Shown here piece by piece: positions 18,904-27,911 of a stretch of 64,000 bases of DNA. A program made the position numbers and the translations under genes. The notes beneath the pieces were generated by a model. The model was not told the origin of the DNA and did not search any database. It saw only the letters and a program-made list of their open reading frames with translations. Numbering within the stretch: the stretch's first letter is position 1; each line of letters begins with the position of its first letter. Source of the DNA: Rhodospirillaceae bacterium (GTDB lineage Bacteria; Pseudomonadota; Alphaproteobacteria; UBA6615); the NCBI GenBank assembly GCA_038132575.1, contig JAYPRP010000004.1, positions 5,748 through 69,747 of the forward strand, written 5' to 3'.

Positions 18904-19251
18904 ATGCGCATGCAACGTCAATTCACGAAGGAATCGTTCATCATGTCCTTACACACCCACTCGCATACTCGATCTGAACAGCAATCCGTCCCGGTTCACT
19001 GCTTCTCGGTTCGTGCCATCGCCGATCCGGGGATGATGTCGCGACTAATGGAGCTCTGGGCCAAGCGCGGGCTCGTGCCGGACCGCTGGCACGGCGTGCG
19101 TGACGAAGCGGATGGGGATCATGTCGATATCGACATCGAATCGGGACAGGTCGACGGTGCGCTGGCCATGCAGATGGCGGCCGCCATGCGCGCGACCTTC
19201 GGTGTGTCACAGGTGCTCCTGTCCGAAAAGCGCACCGCCGTCTGTGCCTGA
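18904..19251 (+). CDS. hypothetical protein (no recognisable domain)
   Basis: An ORF with acceptable codon usage, divergent from the twin-TM gene. GGGAG precedes the ATG cluster at 18904/18910, and an alternative ATG lies at 18943. No family could be assigned from the sequence. Confidence 0.3.
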   Translation: MRMQRQFTKESFIMSLHTHSHTRSEQQSVPVHCFSVRAIADPGMMSRLMELWAKRGLVPDRWHGVRDEADGDHVDIDIESGQVDGALAMQMAAAMRATFGVSQVLLSEKRTAVCA

Positions 19252-19351
19252 GTGCGGGCGGCCGGGCTAGCGGACCATAGCGCTCTACGACCATATTGCG
19301 GCCTGCAACAAGCACAGCTTCGACGGTCGGCTGCCCTTCGGCATCGGCGGC

Positions 19352-20128
19352 GTGCAGGCAGGATGGGTGCGCGAGGACCTGGCCGCGCGCATGACCCGCT
19401 GGGGCGACTATTTCAAGGTCACGGACAAGGGCGTGGATATTCTCGAGAGCCTCGCGGATGTCGAGGCGCGCTCGAAGGCACTGGCCGAGGCCGGCGCGGC
19501 GCTGGTCGTTCAGCAGGCCCTGCCGCGCAACCGCAAGGAGCTCTGCCCGGTCATGGAGCGGTTCGGCGGCGAGATGCTGATGCGCATCGACCGCGCCTGG
19601 CTCGAGCCCTTCGCCGTGAAGTCCTACGGCGTCCATGTGAACGGCTATGTGCCCGGTCCGGACGGGCCGGAACTCTGGATCGGCGTGCGGTCCAAGAGCC
19701 GCGAGGTCGCGCCGGGCAAGCTCGACAATATGGTGGCCGGCGGGCTCCCGGTCGGGATCGGGCTGCTGGAGAACGTCGTCAAGGAAGCCGGCGAGGAGGC
19801 CTCGGTCCCGGAGGAGATCGCCCGGACCGCCCGTCCGGCAGGGGTCGTAACCTACATGCTCGACACGCAGGCGGGGATGCGCCGGGACATGCTGTTCATC
19901 TTCGACCTCGAACTGCCGACCGATTTCGCGCCGCAGAACGCGGACGGCGAGGTCAGCGGCTTCGTCAAGTGGCCAGCTCGGCAGGCGCTGCGCGTGGTCG
20001 AGGAGACCGACGAGTTCAAGTTCAACGTCAACCTGGTGATCATCGATTTCGCGATCCGCCATGGGCTGATCGCGCCTGACCATCCCGACTATGCGCGGCT
20101 GGTGCGGGGTCTGCGCGCCTGGGCCTGA
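19352..20128 (+). CDS. NUDIX hydrolase with N-terminal DUF4743-like domain
   Basis: A Nudix-box-like 'GGLPVGIGLLENVVKEAGEEASV' (GX5EX7[RK]EAxEEaxx) is present. The GTG at 19352 is the first start after the in-frame stop at 19268. An alternative ATG at 19391 would give MTRWGDY. Confidence 0.5.
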   Translation: MQAGWVREDLAARMTRWGDYFKVTDKGVDILESLADVEARSKALAEAGAALVVQQALPRNRKELCPVMERFGGEMLMRIDRAWLEPFAVKSYGVHVNGYVPGPDGPELWIGVRSKSREVAPGKLDNMVAGGLPVGIGLLENVVKEAGEEASVPEEIARTARPAGVVTYMLDTQAGMRRDMLFIFDLELPTDFAPQNADGEVSGFVKWPARQALRVVEETDEFKFNVNLVIIDFAIRHGLIAPDHPDYARLVRGLRAWA

Positions 20129-20138
20129 CGCGCCCGCC

Positions 20139-21044
20139 CTAGAGTTCGGCGTTGTTCGCCGCCCCGCGGGCGATCTGGCGGATCGCCATCGCCCAGATGT
20201 CCGCCGGGTCGGTCCCGGCGTCGCGCATGGCGCGCAGCGTGAGCGCCCGGTCGCGCTTCGCGAGCCGCACACCGTCGTTGTTGGTCAGAAGTGGCGTGTG
20301 ATGCCACTCCGGCACCGCGAGACCGAGGAGTTCCTGGAGCAGGCGGTGGATGTGGGTCGCGTCGAAGAGGTCGGTGCCCCGGGTCACGAGGGTCATGCCC
20401 TGGGCCGCGTCGTCCACCGTGACCGCGAGGTGATAGCTGGTCGCGACGTCCTTGCGGGCCAGCACCACATCGCCGAACACCTCCGGTGTCGCGCGTTGCT
20501 CGCCGCGGGTGCGGTCGTGCCAGGCAAGCGCGCCGGCGCGCGCAGTTGCGGCCGCCATGTCGAGGCGGAGCGCGTGGGGTTCGCCGGCCGCGATCTGGGC
20601 GGCTCGGGTCTCGGGGTCGAGACCACGGCAGATCCCGGGATAGACCGGGCCATCGGGGCCGGGCTCGTCCGGATGCGGGGCGGCGCCCGACCGCTCGATC
20701 TCGGCGGCGATATCCTTGCGGGTGCAGAAGCACGGGTACAGCAGGTCCATCGCGTCGAGCTTCGCCAGCGCGTCGGCGTAGGCGTCCATGCGCTCCGACT
20801 GGCGCCAGACGGGTTCTTCCCACGCGATTCCCAGCCAGGCCAGGTCTTCGACGATCGCATCCTCGAACTCGGGCCGGCACCGGCCCCGGTCGATATCCTC
20901 GATCCGCAGCAGGAAGCGTCCGCCCGCGGCGTCCGCGAGGCGCCACGCGAACAGCGCGGAATAGGCATGGCCGAGATGCAGCAGGCCGGTCGGCGACGGG
21001 GCGAAGCGGGTGACGAGGGGTTCGCCGGACAGTTCTTGACTCAT
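20139..21044 (-). CDS. gluQ: tRNA glutamyl-Q(34) synthetase (glutamyl-queuosine tRNA(Asp) synthetase)
   Basis: The class-I 'HLGH' motif lies in 'FAPSPTGLLHLGHAYSALFAW'. The protein is a truncated GluRS catalytic domain of 301 aa with no anticodon-binding domain. Confidence 0.82.
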   Translation of the reverse strand: MSQELSGEPLVTRFAPSPTGLLHLGHAYSALFAWRLADAAGGRFLLRIEDIDRGRCRPEFEDAIVEDLAWLGIAWEEPVWRQSERMDAYADALAKLDAMDLLYPCFCTRKDIAAEIERSGAAPHPDEPGPDGPVYPGICRGLDPETRAAQIAAGEPHALRLDMAAATARAGALAWHDRTRGEQRATPEVFGDVVLARKDVATSYHLAVTVDDAAQGMTLVTRGTDLFDATHIHRLLQELLGLAVPEWHHTPLLTNNDGVRLAKRDRALTLRAMRDAGTDPADIWAMAIRQIARGAANNAEL

Positions 21045-21128
21045 GGGTGCGGTTTCATCCGGAGTCCGGGTTGAGCTTGTCTGTGCAATTGGCTTGAACG
21101 GGCGGCAGACGGCGGGAACGATGATGCG

Positions 21129-21746
21129 ATGAAAACACGCAAACGGCTAGAGGCGGGGCTTACGGAACTCGCGGCGCTCGATCCGCGCATGGGCGCGCTG
21201 TGGGAACATACCGGCACGCCCGGGCCGCGCACGCGGCCGCCGGGTTTCACGACGCTCCTGCGGGTGATTGTCGGTCAACAGCTCTCGACCCATGCCGCCG
21301 CCGCGATCTGGAAGCGGATGGAAGATGCCGGGATCACGAAGGACCCCGCCGCTTTCGTCATGCAGGATGACGAGGCGCTTCGCGGCTATGGACTGAGCCG
21401 GCAGAAGATCGTCTACGGACGCGGACTGGCCGAGGCGATCGTCACCGGGGGCCTCGACCTCCAGGGCCTGCGCAACCAGGACGACGAGACGGCGATCACG
21501 GCGCTGGTGGCGCTCAAGGGCATCGGGCGCTGGAGCGCCGAATGCTACCTCCTGTTTGCGCTCGGGCGGCCGGACATCATGCCGGCGGACGATCTCGCGC
21601 TGGTGGCGTCGGCGGGCAAGCATCTGGGCGACGGCACCCGCTGGACCCCCGGGCAACTCCGCAAGGAAGCCGAGGCGCGCTGGCGGCCCTGGCGGAGTGC
21701 TGCCGCCCGGCTCCTGTGGCACGCCTACCGAATAGAGGCGATATGA
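21129..21746 (+). CDS. DNA-3-methyladenine glycosylase II family protein (HhH-GPD)
   Basis: A HhH-GPD region 'LVALKGIGRWSAECYLLFALGRPDIMPADDLAL' with a catalytic Asp is present. Size and motifs match the AlkA-like family. Confidence 0.65.
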   Translation: MKTRKRLEAGLTELAALDPRMGALWEHTGTPGPRTRPPGFTTLLRVIVGQQLSTHAAAAIWKRMEDAGITKDPAAFVMQDDEALRGYGLSRQKIVYGRGLAEAIVTGGLDLQGLRNQDDETAITALVALKGIGRWSAECYLLFALGRPDIMPADDLALVASAGKHLGDGTRWTPGQLRKEAEARWRPWRSAAARLLWHAYRIEAI

Positions 21747-21777
21747 TGCGCCAAAACCCGACCTGGAAGGACCGGAC

Positions 21778-22440
21778 ATGACCGATGTGCAATTGAGCGG
21801 CCCGAGCCATGGGCCTGCCTCCGGGAATCCGCCGAAGCAGCTGGTGGTGCTGCTGCACGGTCGCGGCGCGGACGGGAACGACCTGATCGGTCTCGCCCCG
21901 ATGCTGGCCACGCAGCTCCCCGACGCGCTGTTCCTTGCGCCCGACGCGCCGCATCTGTGCGACGGCGCGCCCTTCGGCCTGCAATGGTTCAGCCTGATCG
22001 ACCGGTCGCCGGAGAATATTGCGGCGGGCGTGTGCGGTGCGGCGCCGGCGGTGGACGCGTTTCTCGACCATCACCTCGCGCGGCACGGTCTGAGCGATGA
22101 GAATCTGGCGCTGTTCGGCTTCAGCCAGGGCTCGATGATGGCGCTGCATGTCGGGCTGCGGCGCAAGGCATCGCCCGCGGCAGTGCTCGGTTACTCCGGA
22201 ATGCTCGCGGCGGCCGATAGCCTTGCCGACGAGATCACCGTGCGCCCACCGGTGCTGCTCGTGCATGGCGAGGCAGACGCGGTCGTACCCCACGCGGCGC
22301 TCGGCATGGCCGAGAGTGCGCTTCGGGACGCAGGCGTCCCGGTCGAGGCGGTGTCGCGGTCGGGCCTCGGCCACGGCATCGACGAGGACGGGATCGCGCG
22401 GGCCGCCGCCGCACTGACAGCTGCGTTCGGAGGGTCATGA
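21778..22440 (+). CDS. phospholipase/carboxylesterase-family alpha/beta hydrolase
   Basis: The nucleophile elbow 'GFSQGSMMA' (GxSxG), 'VLLHGRGADGND', and the C-terminal 'VHGEADAVVP' and 'GHGI' triad elements are present. Confidence 0.7.
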   Translation: MTDVQLSGPSHGPASGNPPKQLVVLLHGRGADGNDLIGLAPMLATQLPDALFLAPDAPHLCDGAPFGLQWFSLIDRSPENIAAGVCGAAPAVDAFLDHHLARHGLSDENLALFGFSQGSMMALHVGLRRKASPAAVLGYSGMLAAADSLADEITVRPPVLLVHGEADAVVPHAALGMAESALRDAGVPVEAVSRSGLGHGIDEDGIARAAAALTAAFGGS

Positions 22441-22586
22441 TCCGGACCGGCGCCGCCGGGCGTATGACAGTATCGTTACAAGTTGTTGGGATTGCTGAAT
22501 AAAATCTTGGCCGGAATCGGCAGACTCGGCTAGGAAAGACACTGCGTTCGTTTGATTGATCAACCTGATGCGTGCAAGGGGGAGAG

Positions 22587-23147
22587 ATGTACGCTGCGCT
22601 GGAAAATTGTCCGGCTCTCGTGCTCAACGCGGATTTCCGCCCGCTGAGCTATTTCCCGCTGTCCGTGTGGCCCTGGCAGGAGGCGGTGAAGGCGACCCTC
22701 ATGGGGCGCGTCAACACGGTCGCCGAATACGACAGGGTGATCCGGTCGCCCAATCTCGAAATCCCGCTGCCGAGCGTCGTTTCGCTCAAGGAGTATGTCC
22801 GGCCCGCCGCGCGCCCGGCCTTCACCCGCTTCAACGTGTTCCTGCGCGACCGCTTCACCTGCCAGTATTCGGGCCAGCGGCTGCCGGCCCATGAGCTCAC
22901 CTTCGATCATGTGATCCCGCGTTCGCGCGGCGGTCGGACCTGCTGGGAGAATGTCGTCACCGCGTCGGGCGAGTACAACCTGATGAAGGCGAACCGTACG
23001 CCGGCCGAGGCGGGGATGCAGCTCCTGTCCGAGCCGCGCCAGCCCGACAGCTGGGAGCTGATCGAGAACGGCCGCGCCTTCCCGCCCAACTTCCTGCACG
23101 AGAGCTGGCGCGACTATCTCTACTGGGATACCGAGCTGGACGAGTAG
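22587..23147 (+). CDS. HNH endonuclease family protein (conserved alphaproteobacterial type)
   Basis: An HNH motif 'FDHVIPRSRGGRTCWENVVTASGEYNLMKAN' is present. The ATG at 22587 (MYAALEN...) was chosen. Confidence 0.7.
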   Translation: MYAALENCPALVLNADFRPLSYFPLSVWPWQEAVKATLMGRVNTVAEYDRVIRSPNLEIPLPSVVSLKEYVRPAARPAFTRFNVFLRDRFTCQYSGQRLPAHELTFDHVIPRSRGGRTCWENVVTASGEYNLMKANRTPAEAGMQLLSEPRQPDSWELIENGRAFPPNFLHESWRDYLYWDTELDE

Positions 23148-23152
23148 GCGCG

Positions 23153-23728
23153 TCAGATGCGCGTCGAGAGCCAGATGGCCGCGCGGGTGCCCGTCTTGAT
23201 GAACTCAGACATCACCCGGTAGCCCGGGGTCTCTTCCGCGTCGTGAGCGAGCCCCGTTTCCTTGTGCTCGATTTCCTCGGCGCGGAATTCGTCGATCAGG
23301 TCGCGCAACTCGGCCTCGTCGTCGCCGAGCTTTTCCGACTGCGCGGCATAGTGATCCTGGATCACGTCCTCGACGGCGACGGTGCAGGCCATGGCGGCCT
23401 TCTCGCCCATCGCCGCCGTCGCCGCACCCAGCGCGAAGCCCGCGACATGCCAGACCGGCGAGAGGAGCGTCGGGCGCACCCGGCGCTCGGCGATGAGTTC
23501 GTTGAACGCGGCGAGATGTTTCTCTTCCTGTTCGGCCATGTGCCGGATCGTGTCGCCGACCGGATGCTTGCCGAGGACGGCGAGCTGGCCCTCGTAGATG
23601 CGTGCCGCGCCGAACTCGCCCGCATGATCGACCCGGATCATCCGTTCGATCAGCGTCTCGCGGTCGGGATCGCCCGGCAGGCGATCCTCGCCGGTCACCT
23701 TGGGGCGCCTTGTCCTGGACTCGCTCAT
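23153..23728 (-). CDS. coq7: demethoxyubiquinone hydroxylase, Coq7 family (di-iron carboxylate)
   Basis: 'MIRVDHAGEFGA...IYEGQ' and the EXXH di-iron ligands 'AEQEEKHLAAF' and 'FRAEEIEHKE' are present. Confidence 0.8.
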   Translation of the reverse strand: MSESRTRRPKVTGEDRLPGDPDRETLIERMIRVDHAGEFGAARIYEGQLAVLGKHPVGDTIRHMAEQEEKHLAAFNELIAERRVRPTLLSPVWHVAGFALGAATAAMGEKAAMACTVAVEDVIQDHYAAQSEKLGDDEAELRDLIDEFRAEEIEHKETGLAHDAEETPGYRVMSEFIKTGTRAAIWLSTRI

Positions 23729-24255
23729 GTCGCCTTCCGCCAGATTCCCTGCGCCGCCCAGGCGGATGCCGCCGCGAGGATCAGGGATGCGATGAAATTA
23801 TAGCCGGCCAGCGAGATCCCAAACAGGGACCAGGGCACCTCGTCGCAGCGCGCCAGCGGCGTTGCGAAGAGCTTCGCCTTCAGCTCCTCGATGGAAATGT
23901 TGGGGTCGGTGTGCGCCCCGCCGCACGTCGCGAGCCCATCCCACCAGTGCTGCTCGACGCCGACATGGAACCCCGCGACGCCGGCGCCGGCGAGGAACAC
24001 GAGAACGCCAGCCGCCGCGAAGGCCGTGACGCCGGCCGGGCCCAGCCGGCGGCCCGCCAGCACCGCGAGCCCCGCGAGGGCGATCATGATCCAGTAGGGC
24101 CAGCGCTGGTAGGTGCACAACGGGCAGGGCTCGAGCCCGCCGAAGATCTGGAACGCCCAGGCGCCGCCGAGGAGGCCGCCGCTCGCCGCGAGCGTGACGG
24201 CGGGCCAGATGTGCGGACGTCGCGCGAGGGTCGTGTGAATGTCGGATTCGGCCAT
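23725..24255 (-). CDS. disulfide bond formation protein B (DsbB-family, alpha-type)
   Basis: 176 aa with 4 TM helices, a CxxC-like 'EPCPLCTYQRW' in the first periplasmic loop and a second Cys pair 'LATCGG...LARCDE'. Confidence 0.6.
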   Translation of the reverse strand: MAESDIHTTLARRPHIWPAVTLAASGGLLGGAWAFQIFGGLEPCPLCTYQRWPYWIMIALAGLAVLAGRRLGPAGVTAFAAAGVLVFLAGAGVAGFHVGVEQHWWDGLATCGGAHTDPNISIEELKAKLFATPLARCDEVPWSLFGISLAGYNFIASLILAAASAWAAQGIWRKAT

Positions 24256-24287
24256 GGGCTGGATATGGGGCGCGTCGATCGCCGCGT

Positions 24288-24869
24288 CTAGACGACAAAT
24301 TTCAGCAGCACGAACCCGCCCACGAGCAGTACGATGAAGGCGAGCGTCATCCAGCCGAGATAGCGTTCGACGAAGGCGCGGATCGGCGGGCCGAAGTACC
24401 AGATGAGCGTTGCGACGAGGAAGAAGCGCAGGCCGCGCGAGGCGGCGGATGCGATACCGAAGACCAGCGGGTCGAGCTGGGTTACGCCGCTGGCGATGGT
24501 CACCACCTTGTAGGGGAAGGGTGTGACGCCGAAGGTGAAGACGATCCAGGCGCCGAGCTTGTTGTACTTCTCGGTGAAGACCTCGAAGGCGTGCTCCATG
24601 CCGTAGAGGGCGATCACCGGCTCGCCGACGTTGCCGAACAGGGTGAGACCGACGAAGTAGCCGAAGTAGCCGCCGAGGACCGATGCGACCGTGCAGACAG
24701 CTGCGAGCCGCCAGGCCCGGGAGCGTGCGGCGAGGATCATCGGGATCAGCAGTACATCGGGCGGAATGGGAAAGAACGAGCTTTCAACGAAGGCGACGGC
24801 CGCCAGCGCCCAAACCGCGTAGCGAGACGCGCCGAGGCGCATGGTCCAGTCGTAGAGGCCTTGCAGCAT
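24288..24869 (-). CDS. YqaA/DedA-like (VTT domain) membrane protein
   Basis: 193 aa with a multi-TM DedA-type core 'FVESSFFPIPPDVLLIPM'. Confidence 0.62.
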   Translation of the reverse strand: MLQGLYDWTMRLGASRYAVWALAAVAFVESSFFPIPPDVLLIPMILAARSRAWRLAAVCTVASVLGGYFGYFVGLTLFGNVGEPVIALYGMEHAFEVFTEKYNKLGAWIVFTFGVTPFPYKVVTIASGVTQLDPLVFGIASAASRGLRFFLVATLIWYFGPPIRAFVERYLGWMTLAFIVLLVGGFVLLKFVV

Positions 24870-25358
24870 GACGTCTCCAAGTCGCGCGAACCGAGGTGTT
24901 CCATCCGCGTCGGGCCTCGTAACAGGCCGCCGTGCGCCTGTCCACGTTGCGGGATAGGCGATCGCGTTCGCCGTCGCTTGATCTGGCGCAGATAGACGAC
25001 AGTGCTATCCGTGTGCATGTCGGCGACCCAGAGCCTGGTATGGACGTATCCGTATTCGGGGCCGGCGGGAAGCATTTGCGCTGCCCCCTCGATGTAGACG
25101 GTCTGCATATGTCTGTCTGCCGGCCGGCCATTGGGTCAGACCGAAAGAATTCCAAGCAGGATCAGCCAGACCGCGATCAGGCCTGCGGCTATGCGGCAAC
25201 AGTTGAGCATCGTCCGTCTCGCGCTGGTTGGTGGTGCCCAAGACGTAGTGGCTGGCACTTCGCACGGAAGTGACGCCCGTCACTCCAGGGGTGGATTTCC
25301 GCTTGCGATGGTTGACCGGTCGGTCGTCCTGGACTTAAGGAAGGGCGCACGTCATGGG

Positions 25359-25445
25359 GCCCCTGTGGCGGAATTGGTAGACGCGGCAGACTCAAAATCT
25401 GTTGCCGGCAACGGCGTGGGAGTTCAAGTCTCCCCGGGGGCACCA
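25359..25445 (+). tRNA. tRNA-Leu (anticodon CAA), type II with long variable arm, CCA encoded
   Basis: A manually folded cloverleaf: acceptor stem GCCCCTG/CGGGGGC (one G-U pair), anticodon stem GCAGA/TCTGT, loop CTCAAAA (U33, CAA, A37), variable hairpin GCCG-gcaa-CGGC, T-arm GGGAG-TTCAAGT-CTCCC, discriminator A and CCA. Confidence 0.85.
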
Positions 25446-25476
25446 TTCGACACGTAGTCCTTTGCGGAGGAACCGG

Positions 25477-26295
25477 ATGCCCGTCATCATTCGCGGAAAC
25501 GAGGCCGCTGTTGTCGCGCAAGGCGACAGCGCGGTTGCCCGTCTCCTGACGCCCGCGATCGTCGGCAACGACCGGATCGAGCTGGATCATGTCGCCGTCG
25601 CGCCGGGCGGGACATATGCCCTGGACCTCGCGGACGGCATGGTCGGCTGGCTCCAGGTCCTGTCGGGCGACGGTGCGCTCGACGGCACGGCGCTGACGGA
25701 CAAGCACATCGCGTATCTCCCGGTCGGCTTCTCGGGCGGGTTCCGGGCCGGCGGCGCGGAGACCCGGCTTCTCGTCGCCCGCGTGCCCGACGCCGCGCGC
25801 TTCGACGATGGGATCGCCGGCATGCCGTCCGAACTGCGTCATGTGGACTGGACCCGCGAGCCGGTGCTCCAGTCCGAGCATGATGCGCGCACGCGGGTCT
25901 ATCTGGCGACGCCGGCGCTCGCCGGCACGGGTGCGTTCAAGGGCGAGATGATCTCCTATCCGCCCGGCACGGCCGCGCCGGAACACCATCATGTCGGTGC
26001 CGAGCACTTCCAGTATGTGGTCGCGGGCGAGGGTACGGCGATGCTCGACGGCACGGCCCACCGTCTGCGCGCAGGTGACGTCCTCTACAACTACGAGCAC
26101 GAGCCCCACAGCTTCATCAATGAGAGCGACGGCGACTTCGTCTTCGTCGAGTTCTTTGTGCCGGGCCCGTGCGAGACCGTCTGGTCCCCCGGTGCGAACC
26201 TGTGCGCCTGGTTGCCGACGGGTGTCGATAGCGACGGCCGCAAGCCTGCCCGCGAGATCGGCTACCATGTTCACGGTCAGGACGGTGGCATCTAG
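25477..26295 (+). CDS. cupin-domain protein (bicupin)
   Basis: The ATG at 25477 follows GGAGG at 25466-25470. The C-terminal cupin motif 'HHHVGAEHFQYVVAGEG...' is present. The ORF-track start at 25402 overlaps the tRNA and was rejected. Confidence 0.6.
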   Translation: MPVIIRGNEAAVVAQGDSAVARLLTPAIVGNDRIELDHVAVAPGGTYALDLADGMVGWLQVLSGDGALDGTALTDKHIAYLPVGFSGGFRAGGAETRLLVARVPDAARFDDGIAGMPSELRHVDWTREPVLQSEHDARTRVYLATPALAGTGAFKGEMISYPPGTAAPEHHHVGAEHFQYVVAGEGTAMLDGTAHRLRAGDVLYNYEHEPHSFINESDGDFVFVEFFVPGPCETVWSPGANLCAWLPTGVDSDGRKPAREIGYHVHGQDGGI

Positions 26296-26399
26296 GGCCA
26301 CGTCGCCGGTTGCGATTCCACAATAAGAAAATTACTGTGCGCATCGTTCCGCGGGCGCGGCAAGAACGCCCCGGACTACAGAATTGGGCGGGGAGTCCG

Positions 26400-27002
26400 A
26401 TGCAGCTCGAGAACAGTTTTACCGTACCCGCGGCGCCGGACGCCGCCTGGGACATCCTCCTCGATGTGCCGCGGATCGCGCCGTGCATGCCCGGTGCCGA
26501 ACTCACCGAGACCGTCGGCGAGCACAGCTACAAGGGAAACGCCAAGCTGCGCGTCGGGCCGGTTGCGCTCACCTTCTCCGGCGAGGCGACGATCACCGAG
26601 ATCGACACGGAAAACCGGGTCGCCACGGTCGAGGCAAAGGGCAACGACACCAAGGGGCGCGGCGCGGCGTCGGCCCGCGTGGAGTTCCGCCTGGTTGCCG
26701 ACGGTGCCGGAAGCCGGGTCGATATCACCAGCGACATCGATCTCACGGGATCGATTGCCCAGTATGGCCGCGCGTCGGGCCTGATCGATGCGATCGCCGG
26801 CCAGATCATCGCGGACTTCGCCGAGAACCTGGCTGCCGAGATCGGCACGTCCGGTGCGCCGGAGGCCGCACCTGCGGATAGCGCTCCCGCCGACACGGCA
26901 GCGCCCGCACCCGCGGCCGCACCACCGTCCGACAACAGCATCTCGGGCATCAGGCTTTTCTTCCGCGCCCTGTGGTCGATGATCCGCGGCGGCCGCGCCT
27001 AG
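26400..27002 (+). CDS. coxG: CoxG-like SRPBCC-family protein (carbon monoxide dehydrogenase subunit G-type)
   Basis: The ATG at 26400 follows GGGAG. The SRPBCC fold region is 'LRVGPVALTFSGEATITEID...', with a C-terminal Ala/Pro-rich linker and an amphipathic tail. Confidence 0.65.
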   Translation: MQLENSFTVPAAPDAAWDILLDVPRIAPCMPGAELTETVGEHSYKGNAKLRVGPVALTFSGEATITEIDTENRVATVEAKGNDTKGRGAASARVEFRLVADGAGSRVDITSDIDLTGSIAQYGRASGLIDAIAGQIIADFAENLAAEIGTSGAPEAAPADSAPADTAAPAPAAAPPSDNSISGIRLFFRALWSMIRGGRA

Positions 27003-27042
27003 AGGACTCAACTGACATGAAACTGCATTCGGAGACGGCCCG

Positions 27043-27909
27043 ATGAAGCCGGCGCCTTTCACCTATCACGACCCGACGACGGCGGACGAGGCGGTTGCCC
27101 TGCTGGCGAGCCACGAGGATGCGAAGATTCTCGCCGGCGGCCAGTCGCTTATGCCCATGCTGAACATGCGCTTCGTGGTGCCCGACCATGTGATCGACCT
27201 GAACCGGATCGACGGGATCGCGGGCATCCGCGACGCGGGCGACCGGATCGAGATCGGCGCGATGACCCGCCAGCGGGACCTGATGCGCGATTCGGTGATC
27301 GCCGCGAAGGCGCCGGTCATCGCCGAGGCGCTAAACTGGGTTGGGCACTTCCAGACCCGCAACAGGGGCACCATCGGCGGCAGCCTGTGCCACCTCGATC
27401 CGGCCGCTGAGCTGCCCTGCCTGATGGCGCTCTACGATGCCGAGCTGAAGGTCCAGGGCCCGGACGGCGGGCGCACGATCCCGTTTGCCGAATGGCCGCT
27501 CGCCTACATGCTGCCGTCGATCGGCCCGGACGAGCTGCTGACCGGCATCGAGGTGCCGCACTGGGACGGCAACCACGGCTACGGCTTCGTCGAGTTCGCC
27601 CGCCGCCATGGCGACTTCGCGATCGTCGCCGTCGCAGCCTTGCTCGGCGTCGAGGGTGGGAAGATCACCCGGGCCGCCATTGTGATCGGGGGGGCGGATA
27701 CGAGCCCGATCCGGCTCACCGAGGCCGAGGACGCGCTCGTCGGTGCGGCGCCCGACGCGGATGCGTTCGCGGCGGCCGCCGAGATCGCCCGGGGCATCGA
27801 TGCCATGTCCGATGCCTATGTTTCGACCGCCTATCGCCAGCGCCTCGCGGCCACACTGGTCGCGCGGGCGCTTACCGCTGCCGCGGACAACCTGAAGGGG
27901 AGCGCCTGA
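27043..27909 (+). CDS. coxM: xanthine dehydrogenase-family FAD-binding (medium) subunit, CoxM-like
   Basis: The FAD-binding PCMH domain 'AKILAGGQSLMPMLNMRFVVPDHVIDLNRI' and the C-terminal CO-dehydrogenase flavoprotein domain are present. Confidence 0.8.
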   Translation: MKPAPFTYHDPTTADEAVALLASHEDAKILAGGQSLMPMLNMRFVVPDHVIDLNRIDGIAGIRDAGDRIEIGAMTRQRDLMRDSVIAAKAPVIAEALNWVGHFQTRNRGTIGGSLCHLDPAAELPCLMALYDAELKVQGPDGGRTIPFAEWPLAYMLPSIGPDELLTGIEVPHWDGNHGYGFVEFARRHGDFAIVAVAALLGVEGGKITRAAIVIGGADTSPIRLTEAEDALVGAAPDADAFAAAAEIARGIDAMSDAYVSTAYRQRLAATLVARALTAAADNLKGSA

Positions 27910-27911
27910 TC

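Noticed and set aside
19252-20079. 275-aa alternative-frame ORF overlapping the NUDIX gene
   Set aside because: It is Arg/Gly-rich with no domain, whereas the other frame carries a Nudix box.
25402-25476. N-terminal extension of the cupin ORF
   Set aside because: It overlaps the tRNA-Leu gene. A proper SD (GGAGG) and ATG are found at 25477.
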